From NCBI GenBank assembly GCA_020536535.1, contig JAHLWZ010000861.1:5813-69812 (forward strand): a stretch of 64,000 nt of DNA. The letters run 5' to 3'. The position numbers were made by a program, and so were the translations under genes. Source of the DNA: Pelomyxa schiedti. Its lineage: Eukaryota; Protista; Evosea. The notes below the pieces were generated by a model. It made no database searches. It was not told the DNA's origin and saw nothing but the letters and a program-made list of their open reading frames with translations. The first letter of the stretch is position 1. The number at the start of each line of letters is the position of its first letter. Below are positions 29,233 through 41,401 of this stretch, piece by piece.

Positions 29233-29923
29233 TAATGCTGCGATTGTTGTTCCCAACAGATTTGTACACAATTTTTTTTTTTTTTCACTTTTGTTGGAAA
29301 ATCAAGGTTCGTGGAAGTCGGAGCCGTTGGAGGGCTTCTCCCCCACCCACCCACCAAAACTGTTGATTGCCCCAAAACAACGATCTTCCCACATTCACCA
29401 TCTCGTAATCTACTTGAGTCTGGCGGGCTCCTAACTCACTGGTCGAAATTTTGTATTTATTTATGAAAACCACTGCCAGTTTATGAAGCTCAACCCCAAA
29501 GCACGAGATCTGAGGTCGAGGGCAGGAGTAGCCCAACTTGCTCACCAAAGTTAGGCAGTACCGAAAAAGGAAGCGAACATCTCCTACTCTGTTCAAGTTT
29601 TTGTTTCGGGCTGACCGAAGTGGATTGTGGGTGAAACGACACATCACCCCAACTGGCCCACAATGAGTTGTCACAGGCCAGCCGACGACGGAAAACATCC
29701 GTCAGTAAACCCTTGTAAGGCCTGTCTATTATGTACGTCACGTAAAAATTGTGATGACACCGGCTAATTGTGCCAACAAAATCAATAAATTAAACATCGC
29801 GTCGCGCACGCGGGTCGGCAGTGGGATCTTGCGTTTGTATCGCTTTTTGGTGGCCGTGATAGGACTAGATACGCGTTACAAGGGGGCGCAGGAAGCGACG
29901 TCGCACGATTTATTCCCGCGAAG

Positions 29924-32702
29924 ATGAATAAATACCGTCAAACCAAGCAATTGGGAGATGGCACCTACGGCACCGTCACTAAGGCTGTAAATAGAGCCAC
30001 TGGCGAAATTGTGTGTTTTTCTTTGGTGTTTTTTGTGCGTTGACATTAAATTTTAGGTGGCAATAAAAAAGCTCAAGAAAAAGTTTCGTTCTTGGGCCGA
30101 CTGCATTGCATTGCGTGAAGTCAAGGTGAAAATTGGCATTCCTCATTATCATTACCTTACAACTGAAACTTTGGTAGTCTTTGAACAATCTGAGGCACCC
30201 AAATATTGTAAGATTGATAGAGTTAATAAGGTTCGGAAACAGAAGTGGGAAGTTTTCGTGCCAACCAACGTAGGGAGAACGACGACGTCTATTTTGTATT
30301 CGAATTTATGCATTCCAATCTCTATGAAGCGATGAAAGATAGAGAAAAGTATTTTCCCGAGGGGAAAATACGGAACATTATTTATCAAGTACTGCAAGGT
30401 CTGCACTTTATGCACAATAGAGGGTACTCCACCCACTATTTAGCAGTCAAATGTTAATAAACCTAGATATTTTCACCGGGATATGAAACCAGGTTAGTTC
30501 TCGTACATATCTTCTTCCCGATCTAAAAGGAAAAGAAAATCTCCTGGTCACGAAGGACACAACAAAAATTGCTGACTTTGGTAAGCTTGCAAATTTCACT
30601 GTGGTATTACTCATTGAGTAAGGTCTTGCGCGAGAAATAAGATCTAAGCCGCCCTACACTGACTATGTCTCTACGAGATGGTAACACACAATAGCGTATT
30701 AATTGAAGTGACCTCACCTAGGTACAGAGCTCCTGAAATTCTGCTCCGAAATGTCAGCTATTCCGCTGCAGTTGACATATGGGCGGTTGGTGGTATGTTT
30801 GATTGTATTCCTTTGTAATTTTCACAACCATTTAGCAATTATGGCGGAGCTTTATATGCTTCGCCCCCTATTCCCAGGGGCATCTGAACCTGATGAAATA
30901 TATAAAGTAGAAGAAGGAATGTAATATTTTTTTCGTTAACCCCACACAAAGATATGTAGCATTCTCGGAACGCCAACTCAAGTCACGTGGCCAGAAGGCC
31001 TGAAACTCGCCGCGGCGATGAACTACAAGTTTCCACAAGTATTTTGACCTGAATTGCTTTCATTCATCTCATAGACTTAGTTTAGTGGAATGCCGTTGAC
31101 TTCTTTAATTCCAAGTGCTTCTCCTGAGGCAATAGACCTAATGTCGCAGTTAATGAAAGTATGAATGAATGTATAGAATCCGACGCTAATTCGTGTACCA
31201 GTATGATCCAAGTAAAAGATTGACAGCTTCTCAAGCCTTAAGTCATCCATATTTTTGTAAAATGCCTGTGATATCGCCTGCTTCACGGGTCCTAATCTCA
31301 ACTTCACTGACACTTTCTGGTAAATCTCCTATCCTGCCTCAACTAAACTTATCTCTAGCAAAATTACGGGAAGAGTCATACAAAAGAAAAAAAGCTCGGA
31401 ATGCAAATGGCGATAGCTCACCAACAACCTCCCCAAAGGGCGAGTCTCTGTTGTATTCTTCCACATCACCAAAGCAAAGAAACGCAACTCTTGCACACAA
31501 CCCATTTCTGCGAAAGGGCCGCTATACCCCCGGATCCGCATTCAACTTTGGAAGCTCTGGTGTGTAAAACTAAAGTTCTCTAAAGATGTCCTCATTCTAC
31601 ATCAGATATCAGTGTTATACAAGAAAAATATCATTCTCTAGATAAATCGAAACTTTTTTGTAATGGGTACATCCCCACCTCCATGTTGTCTTTTGAACTT
31701 ACAACCCCAAAAGACTAAATGCCCGCGCAGCGCTCGCAGCTGATTTGTACCAATTATCACCAACCAACTCGGCATCCCCTAGAGGCTCTAGATCCCCTTC
31801 ACCAATCAATTCCCCAAACATGGTTTCACTCCCGAATATTCCCAACACTCTCGCCCCCCCGGTGAAAGCTGGTCCTTACAGTACGACACATCTACCAGTA
31901 CACCCAAAATCCAAGACAGGTTTCCTCCTTATTTAGATTGAGCACCCTTTTTATTTTACCCCTGGATAGATACGGGAACAGGAACTTCGAACTCCTCGGC
32001 TCACCATACCCATAGCTCCAGTCAACCACTGCACATATCCGGGCCAACCAATACGCATCAAAAGCCAGTGCCACCCCCACTATCCTTATCTTCGTCTCCA
32101 ACTTCATCAATTCTATACAGCAGCAGTACAACCACAGCCATCCCGGTTGTATCATTAACCTCACCTCCATCGCCACCAGTTTCGTTATACGGAACCTCGC
32201 CTTCATCCACATCAGCAACAGGCTATGGAACTTCACCCTCGTCGTCCACCATGTACGGATCCTCGCCAACGTCACCACTCAGTCTTCACCACAGCTCAAG
32301 CGGATCACTCCCTCAACTAAGCCCGCCCTCATACCCCTCGCAATCACAACCAGTCTCCCCCAAGTACTCACAGAACAAATCATACACCTACCTGCCCGCA
32401 TCCCTTTACCCATACCAATCAAAACACCAACAACACAACAAACAACCTCCAAGCACCACCACACTACTGGAAGCTCCGGCAACACTCTTCCCCACTCCGA
32501 ACTCAAACATGAAATACTCCCTCCCTTCCCTCCGCAACCTCGGCAGCTCACACACCTGTACCACCACCACTACACAGTTCCTTGGCTCCACAATAACAAC
32601 GCTTCCACAGGTATCAATCCCGTTTCTCTTTCACAAGCACACTAACACCGGTCACAGATTGTTGGTAACCAGGCCTTTGCTGTATCATCACACGGGCTGT
32701 GA
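29924..32702 (+). CDS. MAK: RCK-family Ser/Thr kinase (MAK/CILK1-like) with Ser/Pro-rich tail
   Basis: [52 protein letters not shown] (TDY activation loop). Confidence 0.9.
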
Positions 32703-32850
32703 CCCACACAGTCCACCATTCACAATGAACTTTGCCGGTTTTACTGCCGCCACTCAGTATGTCTGTTGTTGATGTATAAATTAATAAAAAAGAAAAAAGA
32801 ATGTATAGTTCCTGAATGTTTCTTTTTTTTGTATTTTGTATTTTGTATCA

Positions 32851-34220
32851 TCAGGGTAATTGTTGTTGTGTGTTTGTGGAGGGGGTGGTAGCTGTTGCTG
32901 TGTGTGACTGTTTTGGCTTGTATTTGATGTTGAGAACCACACCAGCAAACACAACCGCGGCGCCGGCTAAGTAGGGAAAGGTGAATGGCTTGGAGAACAA
33001 CAAAAATGACAGGAACAGGGACATGGCTTTGCGGCATGATGTGGTTATCACCGCAGTAAGTGCACTAGTTCTTTTTACTAGCATGAGTACGCATACAGTA
33101 CCAAAGTAGGCTAGAAGGCCTGCAACCTGTGTGATTGAATGTGATTGTTCTGGGTCTGGGTTTTTTGGGTAACATACAACAATTTCTAGTAGAACAAACT
33201 TTTTTACGGCTATAACGGAAAGTGCCGTGAATAATTCGTTGCTAAGAAATAGCCATGGCAGTATCATAATAGCACCAATTCCGAAGGAATACACAACCTG
33301 TTAGACCTTTATATGTAAATAGGAACTCGATATAGAAGCAGGCGCACAAGTTCATTTTCCGTAACGCCATAATCTCTCATTCCTTTCTCTTGTGAATTGT
33401 CTTGGCATGCATTCATTATAAGTGTGAGGGAAATGAGAAGTATCCCTTGTTGAGTTAGAGTGATTCAATTGAACTGAATCCAAACCAAAAAAGTTAAAGG
33501 TTGGCATAGCATTGATGTCAGCCATAGTTACTACAGTTAGACCAATAGCAATGAGAAATACGCTGCCGTACTCCCTAATGGTATAACGCTTCTTTTGAAT
33601 GAAAAGCCCGCCCAGCATTGTTATAACAACGCGAGCAGATTTAAAAAGTAACTAGCTGAACTTCAGAGGATTAAGGAATTTCAAACCAAGAAGGAAGATA
33701 CCCAAGTAGGGAAATTCAGGAAGCGGAGGGAGTAAGCAGAAAGAGCGAATCCAGAGACACTAAAAAATGCAACTCTAACGTGATACCATAATGGTGCCTT
33801 GCGACTGCGATTATGTTAAAAGTGTTACTTTTGTTTTAAAAGTAAACATTAAATATACATTTCATCACAACAAAGCCACACCAAAAAAACCTTGTGTAGT
33901 CATTGATGAGGTCAAGGTTAAGGAGGGAAAGTGGCCAATAATTGTGGCCCAGCCTCTCCAGTAACCCAAATGACACGAAAATAGTAAAATGGACAACTGT
34001 AACGAATCCACCGTACTCAAATCGATTGTTTTTGAATATCGATTCCTGCACAGGAAAATGTGTCACCCAACCAGCCCCCAAAAAAGAAACCAGAGTAGAT
34101 TACCTGCAGCAAAATAACAAGGCAGAACGACGCAAACAAGCAGCAAATTAGAATTGCCACAGTCTTGGTCCCATCCCCAACTTGTAACCCTGCACAATTT
34201 ATGGTGTTGTGTGAGTCCAT
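32851..34220 (-). CDS. SLC35B3: SLC35B3/PAPST2-like nucleotide-sugar/PAPS transporter (UAA family)
   Basis: LQESIF...YGGFVT, LNFPTWLLFKSARVVITMLGGLFIQKKRY, LVKRTSALTAVITTSCRKAMSLFLSFLLFSKPF. Confidence 0.8.
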
Positions 34221-34263
34221 TATAGCAGCACCACAACTCCTACTTGTGGGCCTCTTCGTCCAC

Positions 34264-34388
34264 CAACACAACACAACACAACACAACACAACACAACACA
34301 ACACAACACAACACAACACAACACAACACAACACAACACAACACAACACAACACAACACAACACAACACAACACAACACAACACAACA
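34264..34388. repeat. (CAACA)n pentamer microsatellite, about 25 copies
   Basis: Seen directly. Confidence 0.95.
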
Positions 34389-34680
34389 ACCTGCATGGCC
34401 AGCCGCCGCCAAGCCCTGCCCCAACTTGGCCACGGCGGTGCCGATGGCCGAGGCCGTGGCGCCCGTGGTGCCGGTGCTGCTGTCGCCCCGGTTCCACACA
34501 GCCGTGTCTGCCGCGGGCGACGGTGGTGCGGAGGAGGAGGAGGAGGAGGAAGGAGCGGGTGGATTATGATGATCGCCACCCGCCAACAGCACCACCACGC
34601 CCGCGTCGCCCGTGGCATCTACCATCATTGGGACCAGAACCAACCGGATTGTTGTTGCTATTTACAGCCAGAGCTGGAGC

Positions 34681-35934
34681 TCAAAGGGCGTCATTGTTGT
34701 TTTCTGGGCGTCGTTGTTGTGGCTGTTGGTGGGGGTCTACAACAGTGGCTGCGGAGAGGGGCAGTTGATTCGGCCCAATCACAGTGACAGGTGCAGGGTC
34801 GTCCCATTTGAGTGCCACCATGTCGTCTCTCTGGCTCAGTGGTGCACGGGATATCAATGAAAGGCTGCTGGGGAATTAGGCTCCTTTTTGACGAGGATTC
34901 CACATACTTGTTGGTGGAATTGTTCTCTGTCTGAGAAAGAAAAGCATAGAGTTTTGCCTGAGACTGCTCTATGTCCACAGATAGGGACTTTAATGCATCC
35001 GTGGTGAAGGTATGGCAGGTTCTTCCTTCCTCTTCATAGTAGTACCTGTTGTACTGTGCAATAACGCCGCACAACTTGTGGAGCCTCGAAATTTCAAATT
35101 CCTCAATTTCTAGCATTGTCTGCCATTTTCTATGAAATAGGGTTTGTAATTTAGTCTCAAGTGATATCAGCTTGCCTCTGATCTCCTATGCGCAATTAGG
35201 TTCTAAATGGAAAGTGAGAGAAGTCACTCTATCCTCTGCAGTAAGATGTGCTATTGCCTCACTGAGAACACTTTGCGGGTCTTCATTTGGAATGCAAATG
35301 CTGGAACTCCACTCAATGTTGTACCAACCAACCCGCAGGCCAGTGTGCAAGGAGTCCAAATTCATCTTTGATGGAGGCTTTGGGGAGGGATTTTCGGCGC
35401 TGTATGAGTCCTGCAGTGAACGAACTTCGGTAATGAATAGAGAGACAACAAGTCTTGACATCCTGGGGATTGTAATTTCAGACCCTGATAATGCCGATTT
35501 GAGTTCCTTTTGAGATTGTAAGGGTGAACAAGGGTGTGCGGTTAACGACACATTAAAGTCCCCGTTAGGGCACAAATCTTCTATCTTCTGAATAATGTCC
35601 CCAATTTTCCATGTGAAGTCCATGTTGAAGTACTTTTGGAATATTTTGTTTTCATCGCCTAGTACCAGAGCCAAAGCTCGTTGCTCCTCCACACTAATTC
35701 CCGGCAATCTATTCTCAACCTAAAAAAACTCATTACTGCTGCGTGACGAAACAACACATAAACATAAACAACTTATAAACCTTTCGTAGCAAGTCAGGGA
35801 ACCACGATGGTTCACTGCTGTTGCCTTCACTCTCTGATGTGTTATGTGATCCCACGCCACCTGTTTCACGTGCCCCACAAACCACCACCACCTCACTGTG
35901 CTGTGACGTCGATACCGTCTCCACAGATGCCCAT
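34681..35934 (-). CDS. Permuted papain-fold (PPPDE/LRAT-like) putative thiol hydrolase, paralogue 2
   Basis: MGIC start; LHTGLRVGWYNIEW...YNRYYYEEEGRTCHTF (His before Cys). The 3' end is uncertain. Confidence 0.55.
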
Positions 35935-36099
35935 TCTCTGTTTATGTTGGGGGTGCAAGGGTTGTTGCTAGTTGTGTCACAAGTAGATTTTCAGAGGAAT
36001 CACCAACTTGGAAAGCGAGATGAAGAAGCATTCAACAACTTTCTGAATCACCTGGTTTTTTTTTTACACAAGTTTTTTGTATTGTCAACAACATGTACA

Positions 36100-37466
36100 T
36101 CATTGCCTGAGATAGAGGGGGGATTGATCAGGAGAAGGCAGGAAAGCAGGGTTGGTTGGTTCTGCAAGGTGCCTAGTGACAAACACGTTGTGGAATGACC
36201 TCAGGAGTACGAGGTCTCCTGGGGGGTCGGCGGGCAGAGCTTGGAGGGCGTCCCAGTTTTGTCTGACAAAGTCATCAAACACACTTCTCTGTTGGAATGT
36301 ATGTTCTTTGTAGACCATGCTGGGGGGGAATACGGTTAGTGTCACACATGGGAAACATGGTAAAAATTAAGAGGGAAAGGATGGCAAACTTGCAAGAACC
36401 CGTGCTGTGGAGTGTTTTAATAAAAACATCCAGTTCCCCACCAAAGGTAGGGGTCTTGCGGGTCATTGCCTTAATTGCTGCAAGGACGAATTTCTGGCAG
36501 TTGGTTCTTAGCTGGTCATAGAAGTGGTATCTATTGTAGGTCACTATGACCTTACACAGATCGCGGAGGACGTCATGTTGAATTTCTTCCATTTGAATTA
36601 AGTCATTCCAAGATTGTGCTATATCGGGCAGAGTTTCAAATTGTTGTGCCAATAACAAAGCATGACTCCGCAAATCCTGGGAGAAGGTAAGAAATGATAG
36701 GTAACACGTAAAACCAACCGCCTCCTCTGTTGGGATTTGAGCCACTAGATCCTGAACTACCACTTGCGGGGCTTGAGTCGGAATGCAGAGACTAGTGTCG
36801 TTCCAATCGATGATATAGGTCCCAACTCTCAGGCCAGAATGCATAACACCAAAAGGCACATCGGCAATCTTCGGACCAACCCGGTATAATATCTTCTTGA
36901 AGCTACCCAGAGTGCGAATCCGCTGAATTTCCATGATAATTAGAGAAACTGAGAATCTTGGTTTCTGTTGAAGCCTTCGTCCCTGACGAGTAACAGCTGC
37001 CCCCATTTCTCTTGGGTTACCCTTTTTCGGAGTTTAGATTACAACGATAGTTAAATAAAAATTAACTAGCTCAAGTAAGTAATTTATAAATTTATGAACG
37101 CACAGTGAAGACTCCTTCAGGACACAAAGCTTGAAGCTCCTCAATGACTTCTCCCACATTCATCACACAGTCAGAAAAGTATTCATCGTATAATTTGTTC
37201 TCATCCCCAAGCACTTCCGCCAAGTGCCTCTGTTCCTCAAAGCTAATATCAGGGAACTTCCTTTGTACCTGCATGCACAATTATTTGGAAACTAATTAAA
37301 CAGAACCTGGTCACACTTTCTCCAGCAAATCGGAAAACCACGTTGCATCACAGGGCTCGGTAGTTGTAGTCGTAGCCGTTGCACCTACGTTGTGGTACAA
37401 ACATGGCGAAACGGTACTGGCAACTGATTTCACCGGGACCAACGGTCTCGAACTTGCTGCGCCCAT
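36100..37466 (-). CDS. Permuted papain-fold (PPPDE/LRAT-like) putative thiol hydrolase, paralogue 1
   Basis: MGAASS start; FGVMHSGLRVGTYIIDWND...YNRYHFYDQLRTNCQKFV. Confidence 0.65.
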
Positions 37467-37830
37467 CCTCGCCACTGTGACAAAGTCGTTGTATGTTCAG
37501 AGAAGCACCTCGCGTGAAGGTAAAGCAAGTTTAGTTTCTGTTGGTTGTCCACTCTCAACAGAAAACAACCCGCCAAGTTGGGGACAACCCAAGATTCGGG
37601 ACGCCCAGTGGATTGAGCAAAGAACCACCGGTCGGACCTAGTGAATCTGAATGAAGGTGATTCTCCCGCAGACGCCTGATCGGTGAAACTCTCAGTCACA
37701 AATCAGAAGACGTTTCGCGGAACTACGAAAAAAGGAGAAAAATAGTGGGTGCGAAGAGGTGAGTGAACGTAGATCCGGGTTTTTGTAGGTGACCAAGGAT
37801 CTAGGCCCAGCAACACAACCGATAATAACA

Positions 37831-39055
37831 ATGTCTACGTCAACGTCAACGACAACGAGTGCAGCTGCAGCCACAACCACAGCGTCGTCGTCCACGTCGT
37901 CGTCATCGGGCGGGACGACGGCGACTCCGCCGGTGGTGACTGGTTGTCCCAAGGTCAGAAAAAGGACCCCCGGCCAGGTCACAAAGGTCCGTCCACCACT
38001 TTTTTTTTTCTTTCTTTTTTTTCTCCCCTCCAACTAAGTGGATAACAAGGTCGTGAAAATTGGAGTGGTGGTATGCACTTTGTTTGCTCAGCGTTTTGGT
38101 TATTCCCACCGTTTTTTTTTCCCCAGGGTGACGGGACTGTGGGAAAGACAACTTTATTGCTTGGGTACATTACACAGGGGTTCATCACAGAGTATACACC
38201 GACTGTATGTTTCTGCGTTGTTACGATATGTGGCTGAGCTTTTTCAGGTATATGATAATTTCAGTGCCATCGAAGAAATTGGATCTGATGTTATCAATGT
38301 TATTTTATGGTAAGTTTTATTTCTTACTGAGGTACAACAATCTTATCTTATTTAGGGATACTGCTGGTATGTTCCGGTTGACTATTTTAGTGGTAAACGG
38401 AGACGTTTTTCAGGTCAGGATGACTACCAAGGCATACGACAGACCTGTTATACTTTCTGCAACTACGATTTATTCTTTCTGTGCTTTAGTGTTGTTCATA
38501 GAGATTCCTTTGATAATGTTCGGTTCAAGGTACCTTCTTGAACCGATGTGGCTATCAACATTCTCACTTTTTCCAGTGGCTTACAGAACTAAAGCGAACC
38601 AGGCCAAACACTCCTCTGGTACTCGTTGGTACGAAAACAGATCTTCGGGAGGAGGGTAATAAGGCACATGTCACCTTCAAAGAGGTAATATTTGTGCGTG
38701 ACACTAATTCACCATTAAAATTTCACAGGGGGAGAAACGGGCACGTGATATCCGAGCGAAAATGTACCTTGAGTGTACATCCAAGAACTCAGAGTCTATC
38801 AATGCCATGATGGCCAGTGCACTCGGTATTATAATGGAACGGGATGAGGAACGCAAAAGGAAAATCGAGAAGCAGTATAAGAAAGAGAAGAAGGAAGAAG
38901 AGAAGCTTGCCAAGAAGCTTGCTAAACTAGAAGCTGCCGGAAGAGAAAGAAGTGGCAGCAGTGCCGCATCAGCTTCCACAACAACCACAACTTCATCCAC
39001 AACCACCTCACCCAGCACAACACCATCAACCACTTCACCCAGTGGTTCTTCCTAA
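37831..39055 (+). CDS. Rho-family GTPase with N- and C-terminal extensions, no CAAX
   Basis: GDGTVGKT, YTPTVYDNF, LWDTAGQDDY, GTKTDLR, ECTS; Lys/Glu-rich then Ser/Thr tail. Confidence 0.88.
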
Positions 39056-39248
39056 GCAACTCTTTACAGGATGTAAATCAAAGCAAAAAAAACCAATAAT
39101 ACAAAAGAGTTTTCTTCCTTTCCTTGTTTTCATGGACCTAAAAAGGTCCGACATACAAATGACTACCACTTGGGCCAAGGAGAAGAAGGAGTCCCATTTC
39201 CTGTGCGGAGCTGCCAACATATTTCATCCCTGTTGTAGGCAAAGTGCC

Positions 39249-40059
39249 ATGTAATTCCCAGTATTTCAGTGTCCGTTTTATCAACCCACAAACTCCAATT
39301 TGATTCACTCTTGTGGTTGGGATCACTCCAGGAAAACAGAATGTTGTAGTCCCTTGAATATATATCAGTGCGTTAAAGCAGGGTGAATTTCCGTACTTAT
39401 TCAAGCACCAACTACCAGTTGTTTCCTCTGAGCCTCCTGGTTCATTATCTCCAGAGCCACTAGTGAATATACACCATGACCACCTGTATACTCTGAGATA
39501 GAAGCAAAAAATTTTCGGGATTTTGTACATACTCCATACGAAATGTACGATCACTCGAAAAGCGAAGGATATAAGTTGTATCGTACTGGTTATTATAGTA
39601 AAAGGGTCTCTTGCACAGTAATTGGTTTAATAGATCGGTGGCTTGGTCACCAAGGAAAGATATGATCAATTTCACCACCTAGTGAAGATGCAACAAGACA
39701 ATAATAAGAGAGGAAAAAAATCTCGTTAATATGCCAATAATAGGAGTCTATGTGGCATTGTAATATAAGCACACAATCAAATGACCTACCTCGTGAGGGA
39801 GTGTTGCCACAACACTCAACTTCCCACACCTCTTGTTCTGTTGTCCTAAAATAAATGCGACCTTTGGGAAATTTAAACATTTGTAACACACAGAAGAAAA
39901 GGGACGAGAGGTAGTAAAGAAGGAAAGTACTTTTGAACGCTTGAATTTGTGGTGAATCCCACGAGATTTGCAGAACTCCCATGCGGCTACTTGTTTACTT
40001 CCCGCAGGAGAAGAAGGCGTGGGCTTTGTAGTGCGTTTCTTTTTGCGACCTTTGCCCAT
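39249..40059 (-). CDS. Hypothetical protein
   Basis: Basic N-terminus MGKGRKKKR followed by spliceable exons. The 3' end is uncertain and no family is recognised. Confidence 0.35.
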
Positions 40060-40474
40060 TGTGGAGTTCGGTCTGGGAGTCGTTACTCAGTCATCCAGAG
40101 GAGCAGGGCAACCGGTTGTTGTTGGTACTCACCTTTCACTGAACAACAATCAATGTTGTCTCGGATTCTTAAGGGAGTGGAACTTCTTGGAGTAGGTCCT
40201 GATCTACTATAGCCATGTCCCCAAGGCTTGGGTGTGGAGTTCCTTGCCCTGATCAGTTTCAGAATATATGGTTTCAAAAAATCCGTTTTCTCGGCTGTGG
40301 TTTCGTTTTTTTGGTGTTGAACGCAGTTTCAAGCGAAACCACCGTTTTTATTACGACAGAAAACCACGACAATGCATAATACAAATAAAAAGCCAAACAA
40401 TCAAGCCAATCAACAACGACAACACCACTACACAACAAGCTACATCAGCAACTAACAACACAACAAAACCCACA

Positions 40475-41277
40475 ATGGAGAACATTAAGATAGTGGCGGT
40501 TGGAGACGGAGCCGTGGGCAAGACATGCATGCTCATCAGCTACACAACAAACGCGTTCCCAACGACTTACATACCAACTGTGTTTGACAACTACTCGTGC
40601 GCCGTCATGTTCAAGGACAACCTGCGGCCCTACATGCTGAGCTTATGGGACACCGCCGGGTGTGTGCTCTTGTTAATTGGTTATATTTTGAAAATATGTA
40701 TGAATTTATGAATTTGAAAATGTATTTACGAAAACCAAAGTATTTGGGGTGAGCGCTTACCGTCTATTAAATAGGCAAGAGGATTATGATAGGCTCAGGC
40801 CGTTGTCATATCCTATGACCGACATATACCTCGTTTGCTACAGTGTGCTCTCGTCCTCCTCACTGGAGAACGCCGAGACCAAGTGGTTCCCTGAGATAAA
40901 ACACTACTCCCCAGGGGTACCGTTTATACTCGTTGGGCTCAAGAAGGATGCCCGCAATGACAAGGACACACTGGCTCAGCTGGCCAAGAGGAACGTAGTG
41001 CCAGTCTCCACTGAAACCGGCCAGGCTGTTGCCACCAGGCTTGGTGCTGCAAAGTTCATTGGTACTTTTCCTGTCTCTCTTCTCCTAATATCTATTTTCC
41101 GATCTCTTATAAAGCTGTGTTCTGACTGTCTCTTTTACAGAGTGCAGTGCGTTGACACAGGAGGGCCTTCAGGATGTGTTCAATTCTGCTATCAGGACCT
41201 TCATTGATAAGCATGGAGAATTAGGCCCCAAATCCAAGAAATCCAAGAGGAGCCACAAACAATGCAACATACTGTAG
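40475..41277 (+). CDS. Canonical Rac-like GTPase
   Basis: [42 protein letters not shown], polybasic region and CNIL CAAX; two introns. Confidence 0.95.
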
Positions 41278-41401
41278 AAGTGTACAAACCCAGCTGTAGT
41301 GTAGTTGTAAATGTATCACATGTTAACTAAAAAGAAACCCAACAATTTTGCCAATACAAAGAATATTCATTTATTAGTTAGGTTTTTTTATTTTGCTGTG
41401 C

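Noticed and set aside
29705-29712. TAAACCCT resembling a telomerase template
   Set aside because: Only 8 nt, on the strand opposite to the one favoured by G-U pairing, and the organism's telomere repeat is unknown.
34221-34643. ORF upstream of SLC35B3 containing (VVLCC)n
   Set aside because: It is the translation of the CAACA microsatellite. SLC35B3 similarity begins at the ATG at 34220, so the status of this stretch is unresolved.
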